DNA of 64,000 nucleotides from an uncultured Gammaproteobacteria bacterium (GCA_964407865.1 CAYOXC010000001.1:203978-267977), one strand, 5' to 3'; shown: positions 46,166-57,004, numbered from the stretch's first letter. Notes: generated by a model from the sequence alone, not told the origin. Numbers and translations are program-made.

Positions 46166-48967
46166 TCAAGCTACGGTTAACGAACCTTCACTGCCGATAA
46201 TTACTTTATCACGACGCTTTAACTCACCAGACAAAAGCATTTCAGCTAAATTATTTTCAACTCTTTCTTGCAAAGCTCGGCGCATTGGTCGAGCTCCAAA
46301 TTCCGGATCATAACCGACTGAAGCAAGAAAATCTAATGCAATGTCTTCAACAACCAACTCAATCCCCTTCTCATCCAAATCTTTCGCCACTCGCATCAAC
46401 ATAAGAGAAGCGATCTGTTTAATATTTTCAAGAGTAAGCGCTTTAAATAACACGATACCATCAAAACGATTTAAAAATTCAGGTCTAAAATATTCTTTGA
46501 GCTCTCCGTGCAACAACCTCTCTTTAATAGCTTCGCTTGATAATCCAGCACGCATTTGTTCTTGGACATAAGAAGTGCCCGCATTTGATGTGGCAATAAT
46601 AATAACATTCGTAAAATCAACAACCTTGCCTGTGCTATCTGTCAACCTGCCATCGTCCATTACTTGTAAAAATAAATTTAATATATCTGGATCAGCTTTT
46701 TCAATCTCATCGAGTAGGAGCAGGGCAAACGGCTGTCGACGAATAGCTTCCGTTAAAATACCAGTTCCCTTTTCTCCGGGCGCACCGATTAAACGATATA
46801 TGCCTGTTTTATCTTGATATTCACTCATATCCAAGCGAATCATTCTTTCTTCTCCGCCAAAATATGTAGCGGCAATTGTTTTCGCTAACTCCGTTTTGCC
46901 TACACCAGTCGGACCAAGAAACAAAAAGTTCGCTATCGGTCTTTTCTTTGATCTTATTTCAACACGAGCGCGGCGAAGTGCATTGGCTACTAAATCTACT
47001 GCCTCATCTTGCCCGATCACTCTTAGATGCATTTCTTCCTCTAATTTAAGTAATTTATCTGATTCGGCAGCAGTAACAGTGGTCGCTGGTATACCTGTTT
47101 TATCAGCTACTACTTTTGCCACCTCTTCCCCACTTACCAACGAATCCGAACCTTTTTTATTATGAGTATAAGCGGCGGCCTCACTCGCTACTTCTAATGC
47201 ACTACCTGGCAAATAATTTTCATGCAAAAAGCGCGACGCTAGTTCAACGGATTTCTCTACAGCATCATATGAAAAGAAAACATTGTTCTTATGCTCTAAA
47301 AAACCGACTTTTGATTCTAAAACCTGAATTGATTGATTTTCATCCATTTCATCTACTTCAACCTTTGCAAAAACGTTTCCTAAAGCCGAGTCAGTAATAT
47401 GTTTGGCAAAATTATCGTCAGTTGTTGTGGCTATAGTTAGAAAACGTCCTCCCTTTAAAAAGTCGGCTAAGGTTCCGGCTACATCAAGACTGCTTCCCTC
47501 TCCGGCAGAAACACCGACTAATTCATGGATGTTATGAATAAATAAAATAACATTTCGCGCTCGAGCAATTTCATTCATGATAACAATGAGTCTTTCGATT
47601 GCTCCAGCTGGACTGGTGCCGGAAAGCAAAGAAGCAACATTAAGACGTATCAAACGTTTATCTTGAAGTCTTTGAGGCACGTCACCGGATATCATTCGTT
47701 CCGCTAATCCTTCAACAATAGTTCTTTTACCCACACCATGCGAACCGGTTAAAATAACATTAGCAGAACCACCCTCGATAACCCTAAAAATTTCTTCAAT
47801 TTCTTGATCTCGAGCAACACAAAATTCATAATGTCCAAGCTGGGCCAAGCGCGTCATGTCCTCGCTAAAATTATTAAGGTATGGAGTGGCTAAGGCAGTC
47901 ATGGCTTTGTCCATACCATACTTTGATCGATGGCCGGCTGCTCTGGCTTGTTTAACATACTGACGGTAAAGACGTTCACGAATTCTTGCCCACTCCACTA
48001 CGTTGACTAATTTATCTTTATCAATATTCAAATCAAACATAAGTTCCTGCAAGGGTTCTGATTGCTTTATGCAGGCAATCAGAAGTTCGGTAACACCAAC
48101 ATAATCGAGATGTGCTTCATAAGCTTCTTCGTAGGCTCTAAAAATTATCTGCCAAACGTCAGGAGATATTAAAGGAATGCTATTTTGTGACTGGAGTTGT
48201 CCGGGTGCGCCAAACAAAGGTGCTATGTTATTTTGCAAACCTTTAGCTGGAATACCTAAACGAATAAATATGTTGCTTATTCGATTAAATGAGAGAAGTG
48301 AATAAAACAAATGCGACGGCTCGACTGCTGAATAATTGCGACTATCTGCAAATTTATATGACTCAGCTAAAACCGCCATTGCCTCTTCAGTAAACGCCTT
48401 GTCTATTTTTATTTTTAATCCTGATTTAATTTTTTTAACTTGACTCCAATCAGGCATCAATTCTTCTTTATCGCTTTCTGATTTACGGTCATAGTCAAAC
48501 TTTTCAACCTGACCACGTGTCTTTTTTTCAACTACCAGACGATACCATAAAAAAATTAAAAAAGCAGCGCCAAGCCAGAATAAAAATTTCGGCGCACTAT
48601 CTACCGAGGACATGAGTACTAAAGGATTAAGCGATCCACTTGGCAAATTATCAAAAATTCCTGAACGATATATTAAAAAGGCACTCCAAATCCATGCATT
48701 CAGCCACAGTACTACCAAAGTAATGCGCCTGATTTTATTCCAAATACGCCTTCCGTTTAACAATGCTAAATTATAACGAGTTAAAGCAAACGACCACTCT
48801 TGCCACTTATCTCTTTTTTTCTGACCGATAGAAGACCCACTGCATTCCCCGCAACGTCCAAAACCCCTAAGACCTGTCCCTTTACAAGAAGGACAAGAAA
48901 CTAAATTTAAAGGTGTGACTTTCTCAAAAAGCATATTATAAAATTGAACGGTACATGCCAAAAGCAA
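46166..48967 (-). CDS. membrane-anchored Clp/Hsp100-like AAA+ protein with an N-terminal zinc ribbon, two TM helices, a Clp_N domain, a degenerate D1 and a canonical D2
   Basis: CPSCKGTG...CGECSG zinc ribbon. D1 Walker A reads GSHGVGKRT (Arg replaces the Thr/Ser). D1 Walker B reads FIHNIH (replaces hhhhDE). D2 is canonical (GPTGVGKTELAKT, LLLLDEIEKA). No IGF/LGF ClpP-binding loop detected. Confidence 0.8.
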   Translation of the reverse strand: MLLACTVQFYNMLFEKVTPLNLVSCPSCKGTGLRGFGRCGECSGSSIGQKKRDKWQEWSFALTRYNLALLNGRRIWNKIRRITLVVLWLNAWIWSAFLIYRSGIFDNLPSGSLNPLVLMSSVDSAPKFLFWLGAAFLIFLWYRLVVEKKTRGQVEKFDYDRKSESDKEELMPDWSQVKKIKSGLKIKIDKAFTEEAMAVLAESYKFADSRNYSAVEPSHLFYSLLSFNRISNIFIRLGIPAKGLQNNIAPLFGAPGQLQSQNSIPLISPDVWQIIFRAYEEAYEAHLDYVGVTELLIACIKQSEPLQELMFDLNIDKDKLVNVVEWARIRERLYRQYVKQARAAGHRSKYGMDKAMTALATPYLNNFSEDMTRLAQLGHYEFCVARDQEIEEIFRVIEGGSANVILTGSHGVGKRTIVEGLAERMISGDVPQRLQDKRLIRLNVASLLSGTSPAGAIERLIVIMNEIARARNVILFIHNIHELVGVSAGEGSSLDVAGTLADFLKGGRFLTIATTTDDNFAKHITDSALGNVFAKVEVDEMDENQSIQVLESKVGFLEHKNNVFFSYDAVEKSVELASRFLHENYLPGSALEVASEAAAYTHNKKGSDSLVSGEEVAKVVADKTGIPATTVTAAESDKLLKLEEEMHLRVIGQDEAVDLVANALRRARVEIRSKKRPIANFLFLGPTGVGKTELAKTIAATYFGGEERMIRLDMSEYQDKTGIYRLIGAPGEKGTGILTEAIRRQPFALLLLDEIEKADPDILNLFLQVMDDGRLTDSTGKVVDFTNVIIIATSNAGTSYVQEQMRAGLSSEAIKERLLHGELKEYFRPEFLNRFDGIVLFKALTLENIKQIASLMLMRVAKDLDEKGIELVVEDIALDFLASVGYDPEFGARPMRRALQERVENNLAEMLLSGELKRRDKVIIGSEGSLTVA

Positions 48968-49289
48968 TAATAATTGGCAGTGCTAGCCAGACGCAAAAAA
49001 GAGATAAGCAAACACATAACCAAAATAACAAGGCGATGCTACGAGCTATTACTTGAACAAATCTCATCAAAAAACTAATTATCCTACCCTGAATATCGTA
49101 TTGACCGTACATTGGCACGAAAATATTTTTTAACCACAAACCAGGCATGAGCTGTGAGTTGCCAGCTCTAAAAAAACCAAAACATGCGGTCGCGGCATAT
49201 TTTAGCCCACCTGAATACCACCAAACGGGAAAGTAAAGGGTCTGCAAAATTGTATCAAGAAAAATTTTCTGAAATACTACAAAAAACAT
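48936..49289 (-). CDS. small polytopic membrane protein
   Basis: 117 aa, four predicted helices. Overlaps the Clp-like gene start by 32 nt. Confidence 0.4.
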   Translation of the reverse strand: MFFVVFQKIFLDTILQTLYFPVWWYSGGLKYAATACFGFFRAGNSQLMPGLWLKNIFVPMYGQYDIQGRIISFLMRFVQVIARSIALLFWLCVCLSLFCVWLALPIIIAFGMYRSIL

Positions 49290-49371
49290 AGACTTTTGCT
49301 ATGGCTAAATTATATCACAAATAAAAACACCGGCAAATACACCGGCGCTTTTTTGTAATATGTTTTTCACA

Positions 49372-49743
49372 TTACCTCTTAGCAACTATTGAATCCACGG
49401 CACTCATATATGTAATATTACTAACTCTGGATAACCCTGATGTGGATATTCTTTTTTCTAAATTCGGCAAGGCATTATAAGTTGCAACCTCTACGCTAAT
49501 CTGCCTGATTTCCTGTCTTAAAGTTTCATTATTTCTCTGCAAATCCCTCATCTCATAACCAATGCCGGCCGCCGAACTCACCTGACAAACATAGATCACC
49601 AACAAAACACCGAGCAAGCTAAGATATGACACGCGTGCAGCGTTGCCAACCAGCCATTTCGGCATACCATAACCGCGCCAAATTAATTGAATTTGACGTC
49701 GACTATGTTCTAATTGATATTTTATCCTCCTAGTTAATGTCAT
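49372..49743 (-). CDS. cell-division protein FtsL-like
   Basis: Single TM segment plus a coiled-coil (LRQEIRQISVEV). Positioned immediately after rsmH, as in the dcw cluster. Confidence 0.5.
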   Translation of the reverse strand: MTLTRRIKYQLEHSRRQIQLIWRGYGMPKWLVGNAARVSYLSLLGVLLVIYVCQVSSAAGIGYEMRDLQRNNETLRQEIRQISVEVATYNALPNLEKRISTSGLSRVSNITYMSAVDSIVAKR

Positions 49744-50663
49744 AATTTTTCTAATATACGCAATTTGGCACTGCGTGAACGAGGGTTGCGAACTACCTCG
49801 TCCTCACTTGCTACTATTGGTTTTTTTGTAATAATTGTTGCCACCTCAACTGGCAGCGATTGAAAATATTGTTTTACAATTCTATCTTCTAAAGAATGAA
49901 AAGTTATAACCGCCAGGCGTCCTTTGGTTGACAGCACCTTAAGAGCTTGGGGTAATGCTTGTTTTAATACCTCAAGCTCCTGATTAACAACAATCCTTAA
50001 TGCTTGGAAAACTTTTGTGGCCGGGTGAATATTGCCTCTAAGCCACGGCACCTCTTTTGTTGAATACAGCTTATTCCGATATACACCGAGAATTATTCCT
50101 ACTAACTGTTTAGTCGTTTCAATTGCTTCCTTATTGCGATATAGATCAATAGCCTCTGCTATCTCTTGACTATACTTTTCTTCTCCAAAACGTCTAAAAA
50201 TTTCTTCAATTTCCTTAATTGACCACTGGTTGATAATTTTTGCAGCCGTATCAGTTGTGCCGTTCGCAGGTGTATAGCGCATGTCCAATGGCTCATCTCC
50301 ACCAAGTGGCGGCTCGAAGCTGAAACCCCTATTCCTCTCCTCAAACTGAGGCGAAGACCAACCTAAATCCATAAGCACCGCTTGAATAGGAAAAAAATTA
50401 TGTTCAGCTACAATTTTTTCTAAATTTACAAAATTATCCCGGGCAAATAATGCTTGCTCGCCAAACCGATACAAATATCTTTTAGCTCTTAAAAGAGACT
50501 CTGGATCGGCGTCAATCCCTAGCAATCTACCGTCCGGTTCAATTGCTGAAAGCATTGCTTCCGCATGTCCCCCGTCACCTAAAGTACAATCAACAACATT
50601 GTCGCCTGATTTTAGTGACAATGCTTCTAATACTTCTTTTTGTAATACAGGGATATGCCTCAT
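49740..50663 (-). CDS. rsmH: 16S rRNA (cytosine1402-N4)-methyltransferase RsmH (MraW)
   Basis: HIPVL...DCTLGDGGHAEAML. Confidence 0.9.
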   Translation of the reverse strand: MRHIPVLQKEVLEALSLKSGDNVVDCTLGDGGHAEAMLSAIEPDGRLLGIDADPESLLRAKRYLYRFGEQALFARDNFVNLEKIVAEHNFFPIQAVLMDLGWSSPQFEERNRGFSFEPPLGGDEPLDMRYTPANGTTDTAAKIINQWSIKEIEEIFRRFGEEKYSQEIAEAIDLYRNKEAIETTKQLVGIILGVYRNKLYSTKEVPWLRGNIHPATKVFQALRIVVNQELEVLKQALPQALKVLSTKGRLAVITFHSLEDRIVKQYFQSLPVEVATIITKKPIVASEDEVVRNPRSRSAKLRILEKL

Positions 50664-50720
50664 AAATATAATCTACAGTCCATTGACTGTTATTAAGTTT
50701 GTGATTTTTTAATGTACTAC

Positions 50721-51152
50721 CTATACTCCAAGTTCAGCCATACGCTCGGCAATTTCGCCACTTTCTTTCTCGGTTTGAGATTTATAAGCTTTCCAATTAT
50801 CACTATCCCAAAATTCAAGACGATTTAATAATCCGGCAACTACGATATTTTTTCTAAGCTGGGCAAACTGACGTAAATATTCAGGAATAATTATTCGACC
50901 CTGCTTGTCAAGTTCCACATCCATGGCTCCAGCCAACATTAAACGCGCAAAGGCACGGCTGTTCGCCTGACTAATTGGCAAAGCTGCTAATTTCTCAGCT
51001 AATTTTTGCCACTCATTTTTACTGTAAAGGAAAAGACAATTATCCAACCCTCGCGTTACTACTGCTCCTTTAGCCAATTCACGCCTAAATTTGACCGGAA
51101 TTGCAAGCCGTCCTTTATCATCCAATGAATGTGAATATTCACCTATAAACAT
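50721..51152 (-). CDS. mraZ: transcriptional regulator MraZ
   Basis: Trimmed to the start MFIGEY. Duplicated MraZ motifs (LDDKGRLAIP / LDKQGRIIIP). Confidence 0.9.
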   Translation of the reverse strand: MFIGEYSHSLDDKGRLAIPVKFRRELAKGAVVTRGLDNCLFLYSKNEWQKLAEKLAALPISQANSRAFARLMLAGAMDVELDKQGRIIIPEYLRQFAQLRKNIVVAGLLNRLEFWDSDNWKAYKSQTEKESGEIAERMAELGV

Positions 51153-51293
51153 AGTATATTTACCACTTCTCCCCACTACTATCCATTTTATACCACAACA
51201 CTACATTAGTCAACACAATTAACCATATCTATTTTGGCTAAAATAAAACAAAAAACACCCGTTTTTCAACGGGTGTGGATAACTTATTTTACT

Positions 51294-52661
51294 TTATAAC
51301 TCAATCGTTTTTTTTCGGTTAGCAAGACTAGTTTTTATTCCAAATTCAGTGGTTAATTTTCTGGCTAACGGCTCCCCTTGTTCTGGATCCCCGTGATTCA
51401 AGCAAACTGCATGCGGCGCCGATCCATTGTTTTTTATCCATTCAAGAAGCCTGGCGCTATCAGCGTGCGCTGACATTACATCATGATAAACAATCGAACA
51501 TTTAACAGGCACTTTCTCGCGAAAAATTTTAACATAGCTTTCGCCCTCTAATATGCGCCTACCAAGCGTATGTGGCGCCTGAAAGCCGGTGAAAAAAAGT
51601 GTGGTCTTCGGATCTGACAAATATCGCAGGGCATGATGCAAAATTCTACCGCCATTCATCATTCCAGCGCCAGCAATAATTATCTTCTGTCCACGCACAC
51701 TATTTATTTTTTTTGACTGGTCAGCAGTGTAGCAAACGGTCAATCCTTTAAAATGAAAAAGGTCGTCGCCCGTAAATAAGAATTTTTTCGCTTCCTCGTC
51801 AAAATACTTTGTATGCTGGTTGAATATAGCGGTAGCATTTATCGCCAGTGGACTATCTAAAAAAATAGGTAAATTTGACGGTAATACTTTATCAAAATCA
51901 ATCAACTCATTAAGATCGTATAAAATTTCTTGTGTTCTTTCTACAGAAAAAGCCGGGATTAAAATAGTTCCCCCTCGACTTACTGCGTCTTTAATAACCT
52001 TTTTAATAATATCCTTTCGGTTAAATCTTGTTTCATGAAGCCGGTCACCATAAGTCGACTCACAAATAAGCAGGTCAATACTATCAGGTAGCTTATCTGC
52101 ATCACGCAGAATCGGCACTTTGACATTTCCCACATCGCCGGAAAATACAATCTTTTTTCCTTCCACCATCATTTCAATAAAAGCTGACCCAAAAACATGT
52201 CCTGCTTCATAAAATCTAAAAGATATTCCACTTCCCTTGTCGTCAATACTTGTAGTCTCATAATAATCAACGCTTTTGAGAGAAGCGACCGTTTCATTTA
52301 CATCATCGAGCGAATAAAGAATCGGACTGCCTAATTTCTTATTGTTATATTCCATCACACTGTACGCATCCTCTAATACAATTTTTATTAAATCAACTGT
52401 TGGTGGAGTTGCGTAAACAGGACCCTCATAACCGCCTTTTATAAGCAAAGGCAGTCGGCCAATATGGTCTAAGTGAGCGTGGGTTATAATAACAGCCGTT
52501 AACAAAGATGGGTCAAAAGAAAATGATTCCTCATTTCTGTTTTCGGCAAAATCACCGCCTTGAAACAAGCCGCAATCAACTAAAATTTTAGTACTCTCTG
52601 TTTCAAGTAGGGTGGCTGAACCGGTCACTTCGCCTGCTGCGCCATGAAAACTTATATTCAT
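51294..52661 (-). CDS. MBL-fold beta-CASP ribonuclease (RNA-metabolising metallo-beta-lactamase)
   Basis: HAHLDHIG motif 2, a beta-CASP region and an RMMBL-like C-terminus. 455 aa. Confidence 0.75.
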   Translation of the reverse strand: MNISFHGAAGEVTGSATLLETESTKILVDCGLFQGGDFAENRNEESFSFDPSLLTAVIITHAHLDHIGRLPLLIKGGYEGPVYATPPTVDLIKIVLEDAYSVMEYNNKKLGSPILYSLDDVNETVASLKSVDYYETTSIDDKGSGISFRFYEAGHVFGSAFIEMMVEGKKIVFSGDVGNVKVPILRDADKLPDSIDLLICESTYGDRLHETRFNRKDIIKKVIKDAVSRGGTILIPAFSVERTQEILYDLNELIDFDKVLPSNLPIFLDSPLAINATAIFNQHTKYFDEEAKKFLFTGDDLFHFKGLTVCYTADQSKKINSVRGQKIIIAGAGMMNGGRILHHALRYLSDPKTTLFFTGFQAPHTLGRRILEGESYVKIFREKVPVKCSIVYHDVMSAHADSARLLEWIKNNGSAPHAVCLNHGDPEQGEPLARKLTTEFGIKTSLANRKKTIEL

Positions 52662-52744
52662 ATTTTTTGCGTAAATGCAGGCTTATTATATCATACATTA
52701 TCCCCTACACAAATCTCGATATTTCTGTTAAAATTGCCTCATCT

Positions 52745-53479
52745 ATGAGTTATGAAACAGAAGACTTAATAAACAGCGTTGAGATAGTTGAACCGCCGAT
52801 AAAAGAGCTAAAAAAACGCGGACGCTGGATGACAACAGCCTGCCTTTCTGGCGCAGGCTGTGTAGTTATATTTGTCATTGGAATTATTCTCGGGGTTAAA
52901 ATGTTTATTGGCGCGGGCCCAAAACAAATTAAAAATCTTCCAAATAATTTTCCTGCAGACATCCCGCTTTATGACCAGTATAATATCGATAAAATTACAT
53001 TTATTTCTGGTCGCTACAAAAGCAGGTCGATTGAACTGGCTGCCCTCTTTCCTAAAATTGCCTTATCCCCTTTGATATTTTCTGAACACGATCAAGCGCC
53101 AACCCCACAAAATAAATCAGGAATAATGAAAGAGATATTTCTTCTTTTAGTTAAACCGGTTGGCGATAGTCGTGATATGGTACAAGTTGAATGGTTTAAT
53201 ATTTCGAGCCAGCCCGATGAAATGGTTGACTATTACAAAAACAAATTGAACAGTAATAATTTTACTATTGATTCTGAAACGATCGGCGAAACTTATCGAC
53301 AATTTACATTCAGGCGTGGTGATTCCTTGTCAGGAACGCTTTATGTAGAACCAAGCAAAGGCAATAAAATTGACTATGCCTTTATTATCGTAAATTTACC
53401 TCCGCCAATCAATGATAATGTTACCGATAGCAATGCGACATCTTCGTCAATAAAAAGTACAGAGCATGATACTATCTAA
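52745..53479 (+). CDS. hypothetical single-pass membrane protein
   Basis: Trimmed to the start MSYETED. One TM segment, then a soluble domain of unknown function. Confidence 0.4.
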   Translation: MSYETEDLINSVEIVEPPIKELKKRGRWMTTACLSGAGCVVIFVIGIILGVKMFIGAGPKQIKNLPNNFPADIPLYDQYNIDKITFISGRYKSRSIELAALFPKIALSPLIFSEHDQAPTPQNKSGIMKEIFLLLVKPVGDSRDMVQVEWFNISSQPDEMVDYYKNKLNSNNFTIDSETIGETYRQFTFRRGDSLSGTLYVEPSKGNKIDYAFIIVNLPPPINDNVTDSNATSSSIKSTEHDTI

Positions 53480-55085
53480 CCTCAATAATCAATCAAAAAC
53501 AATCACTGGTGCAGCCATGATCATATCAGCAGCGACTTTGGTCGCTCGTTTTGTTGGTTTGCTTCGTGATAGAATACTAGCTCATTATTTCGGTGCTAGC
53601 CAAATGATGGATGCTTATTATGCTGCATTTAAAATTCCGGATTTGGTTTACACCCTGCTCATCGTCGGTGCGCTTACAGCAGGTTTTATTCCAACATTCA
53701 CTCGCCTTTTTACCCAAACTGAAAAAAAGGCTGAGGCCTGGAAGTTAGCCAACAATGTATTCAACATCGCCGGAATATCGCTGATTGTATTATGTACTAT
53801 TGGTATTTTAATATCCCCATTGTTAATACCATTTATTGCGCCCGGTTTTGATTCAAGTAGCCAGGAGTTAGCCGGTAGCTTTACCAGAGTCATGTTTCTC
53901 TCCCCTCTCTTTTTGGGCTTATCGATGACTTTGGGTGGAATTCTACAGTCGCTTAGGCGTTTTGTCCTCTATTCAATAGCTCCGATTTTTTATAATCTTG
54001 GAATTATTTTTGGTGCCGTAGTATTAGTAAAATTTATTGGTCCAAGCGGCTTGGCCTGGGGTGTCGTTCTCGGTGCTTTTCTTCACTTAACGCTAATGAT
54101 CATTGGCGCAAAAAATTCCGGCTGGCAGTGGAAACCTATCTTTAATCTAAAAGACAAAGAAACAAAACAAGTCGGAAAATTAATGCTACCGCGCACTGTT
54201 GGATCGGCAATTTCTGAAATCAACATCTTAATCACCACAATGCTAGCCTCGCTTTTGCCTATTGGCAGTGTGGCTGTGTATAATTACGCCTCTAATTTAC
54301 AAGCAGTACCAACCGGTATTATTGGCATTCCTTTTGCTTTAGCCGTTTTTCCTGTTCTAGCGGCCGCTGCAGCAAAAAATGATTTAACTGATTTTGCTGT
54401 TAAGTTATCAAGCACGGCTAGAAAAATACTTTTTTTAATTATTCCACTATCAGTGATTGTTATGCTGCTCAGAGCCCAAATTGTACGAGTTGTGCTTGGT
54501 ACCGGACAATTTGATTGGACAGCTACAATATCTACGGCTAATGCTCTAGCTTTTTTTTCATTCGGTCTTTTTGCTCAATCTCTAATACCACTTTTTGCTC
54601 GCGCTTTTTACTCTCTTTCTGATACAAAAACACCTCTAATTACCAGCATCATCGCTGAAATAATAGCCATAGCGGCAGCTGTTATTCTTATGCGTAAAAT
54701 CGGCGTTGCTGGCTTGGCTCTAGCCTCATCAATTGGTGCGGCAATAAACATACTTCTTCTCATTACTTTCATTAGACGCCGCCTGCCAACTATTGAGGGT
54801 TACAAAATCGCATATTCTCTTATTAGAATCTCACTGGCAACAATTCTAATGGCTTTAACAATTCAACTATTGAAATATCCACTGGCTCAAATATTTAACT
54901 TGGACTATTTTTACGGTGTTCTGGGTCAAGGATTGGTGGCGGGCCTTGCCGGACTCCTAATCTACGTGCTAACATGCTCTCTACTCCGCCTTCCGGAATG
55001 GATTGAGCTAAAAGGTGCTCTTGAGCGCCGTTGGTTTAAAGCTAAAAACGTCGAAACGACGGATATTATTGATTCAAGAGAGTAA
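53466..55085 (+). CDS. murJ: lipid II flippase MurJ
   Basis: 14-TM MVF/MurJ architecture. N-terminal RDRILAHYFGAS...DAYYAAFKIPD. Confidence 0.85.
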   Translation: MILSNLNNQSKTITGAAMIISAATLVARFVGLLRDRILAHYFGASQMMDAYYAAFKIPDLVYTLLIVGALTAGFIPTFTRLFTQTEKKAEAWKLANNVFNIAGISLIVLCTIGILISPLLIPFIAPGFDSSSQELAGSFTRVMFLSPLFLGLSMTLGGILQSLRRFVLYSIAPIFYNLGIIFGAVVLVKFIGPSGLAWGVVLGAFLHLTLMIIGAKNSGWQWKPIFNLKDKETKQVGKLMLPRTVGSAISEINILITTMLASLLPIGSVAVYNYASNLQAVPTGIIGIPFALAVFPVLAAAAAKNDLTDFAVKLSSTARKILFLIIPLSVIVMLLRAQIVRVVLGTGQFDWTATISTANALAFFSFGLFAQSLIPLFARAFYSLSDTKTPLITSIIAEIIAIAAAVILMRKIGVAGLALASSIGAAINILLLITFIRRRLPTIEGYKIAYSLIRISLATILMALTIQLLKYPLAQIFNLDYFYGVLGQGLVAGLAGLLIYVLTCSLLRLPEWIELKGALERRWFKAKNVETTDIIDSRE

Positions 55086-55093
55086 AATAATCT

Positions 55094-56878
55094 ATGAATG
55101 AAAAAATTAGAAATTTCTGTATTATTGCCCACATCGACCATGGAAAAAGCACTTTGGCCGATCGTTTTTTAGAGTTAACCAAAACCGTGTCTGAACGAGA
55201 TATGAAAAGCCAACTCTTGGATTCAATGGATCTAGAACGTGAACGTGGAATTACCATTAAACTTGCTCCGGTTCGAATGATATACAACGATACCATATTA
55301 AACATGATTGACACGCCGGGTCATGTGGATTTTAACTATGAGGTTTCTCGCTCTCTAGCCGCTGTTGAAGGGGCAGTTCTTTTGGTTGATGCTACACAAG
55401 GAGTGCAAGCGCAAACAATAGGTAATCTTTATCTGGCCCTTGAACAAAATCTAACAATCATACCGGTTGTTAATAAAATTGACATGCCTCTGGCAAATAT
55501 TACTAAAGCACAAGAGGAGATCATTCATCTAACTGGTTGTTCTGAAGAAGATATTATTTTAGCCTCAGGAAAAACAGGTCAAGGTGTGGAAAAAATTCTT
55601 CAAGCATTAACCCAAAAAATTCCAGCACCAGCTGAAAATTCTTCAAAGCGTCCGCGAGCCCTAATTTTTGATTCAGAATACAATGAATACAAGGGTGTTG
55701 TCGCCTCAGTCCGCATTGTAGATGGTGAGTTTAATAAAAACGACAAAATATTACTGATGACAACTGACACGCCAGCTGAAGTGATTGAACTTGGTTATTA
55801 CACCCCCAACTTTAAGCCAGCAAAAATTTTAAAAAATGGTGAGATCGGATATATTGTTACGGGCTTAAAAGAAGTACAGGACTGTCGAGTTGGAGACACT
55901 ATAACTACATATTCTGGTGCTGCAGAAAACCCTCTGCCTGGTTATAAAGAGGTTAAGCCGATGGTTTATGCCGGTATATTCCCTAAAGAAGGAAATGAAT
56001 ATCAAGATCTCCGCGACGCAATTGAAAAGCTAAAATTAAACGATTCTGCTCTATATTATGAACCTGAGCATTCACAAGCACTCGGATTTGGCTTTCGTTG
56101 TGGATTTTTAGGCATGCTACATTTGGATATTTTTCAAGAACGACTGAAACGAGAACACAATTTAGATATTGTTATCACTGTCCCCAGTGTCGCATACAAG
56201 GTTGTCAAAACAAACAATGAGGAAATAATAGTGCACGGCCCAGAAAACCTGCCCGACCAGTCACATATAAAAAGCATCACTGAACCATGGATGAAACTGG
56301 ACATAATTACACCAAAAGAATATGTCGGCAATGTAATGGGTCTTGTTTCTGAAAAAAAAGGACGCTACACCAACACAGATTATTTATCGTCTGGTTCTGA
56401 TCAACGAGCGGTGATGCATTACGAAATTCCTCTAGCTTCGCTTATAACGGATTTTTATGATAAATTAAAAACAGTAACATCGGGCTATGCCTCGATGAGC
56501 TATGAGTTCTATAAATATGAAGACACAAAGATAGTTAAGCTTGATATCTTAATAGCCGAACAGCCGACAGAAGAACTGGCTACTCTGGTTTGGCAAGAAG
56601 ACGCTTACCGTGTCGGTAAAAAAATCGTCGAGTCTATAAAATCCTCAATCCCCCGCCAGCAGTTTGAATTAAAAATCCAGGCGGCAATCGGCGGTAAAAT
56701 TATCGCATCTGAAAGGCTATCTGCCTACCGCAAAGATGTATTAGCCAAATTATACGGCGGCGATGTTACCAGAAAAATGAAGCTTTTGGCAAAACAAAAA
56801 AAAGGAAAAAAGAAAATGGCAGCCAGAGGCAAAATTGAAATTCCAACAGAAACATATTTAAAAGTTTTAAAAAGATAA
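55094..56878 (+). CDS. lepA: elongation factor 4 (LepA)
   Basis: IRNFCIIAHIDHGKSTLADR G-domain and a LepA C-terminal domain. Confidence 0.95.
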   Translation: MNEKIRNFCIIAHIDHGKSTLADRFLELTKTVSERDMKSQLLDSMDLERERGITIKLAPVRMIYNDTILNMIDTPGHVDFNYEVSRSLAAVEGAVLLVDATQGVQAQTIGNLYLALEQNLTIIPVVNKIDMPLANITKAQEEIIHLTGCSEEDIILASGKTGQGVEKILQALTQKIPAPAENSSKRPRALIFDSEYNEYKGVVASVRIVDGEFNKNDKILLMTTDTPAEVIELGYYTPNFKPAKILKNGEIGYIVTGLKEVQDCRVGDTITTYSGAAENPLPGYKEVKPMVYAGIFPKEGNEYQDLRDAIEKLKLNDSALYYEPEHSQALGFGFRCGFLGMLHLDIFQERLKREHNLDIVITVPSVAYKVVKTNNEEIIVHGPENLPDQSHIKSITEPWMKLDIITPKEYVGNVMGLVSEKKGRYTNTDYLSSGSDQRAVMHYEIPLASLITDFYDKLKTVTSGYASMSYEFYKYEDTKIVKLDILIAEQPTEELATLVWQEDAYRVGKKIVESIKSSIPRQQFELKIQAAIGGKIIASERLSAYRKDVLAKLYGGDVTRKMKLLAKQKKGKKKMAARGKIEIPTETYLKVLKR

Positions 56879-56890
56879 ACGAGAATATTT

Positions 56891-56989
56891 ATGAAGCGTA
56901 AAACAATAAAATCGCTATGGATAATTATTGCCTTGCTGGGCATATTTGCCATGCTTCTTTTCTCAATTTTACCAGCTCTTCAATTTTAA
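56891..56989 (+). CDS. possible 32-aa hydrophobic micropeptide (MKRKTIKSLWIIIALLGIFAMLLFSILPALQF)
   Basis: ORF lies between lepA and recJ and encodes a single predicted TM helix. Not in the ORF track (under 60 aa). Confidence 0.2.
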   Translation: MKRKTIKSLWIIIALLGIFAMLLFSILPALQF

Positions 56990-57004
56990 TTTAATCTGGT
57001 TTTT

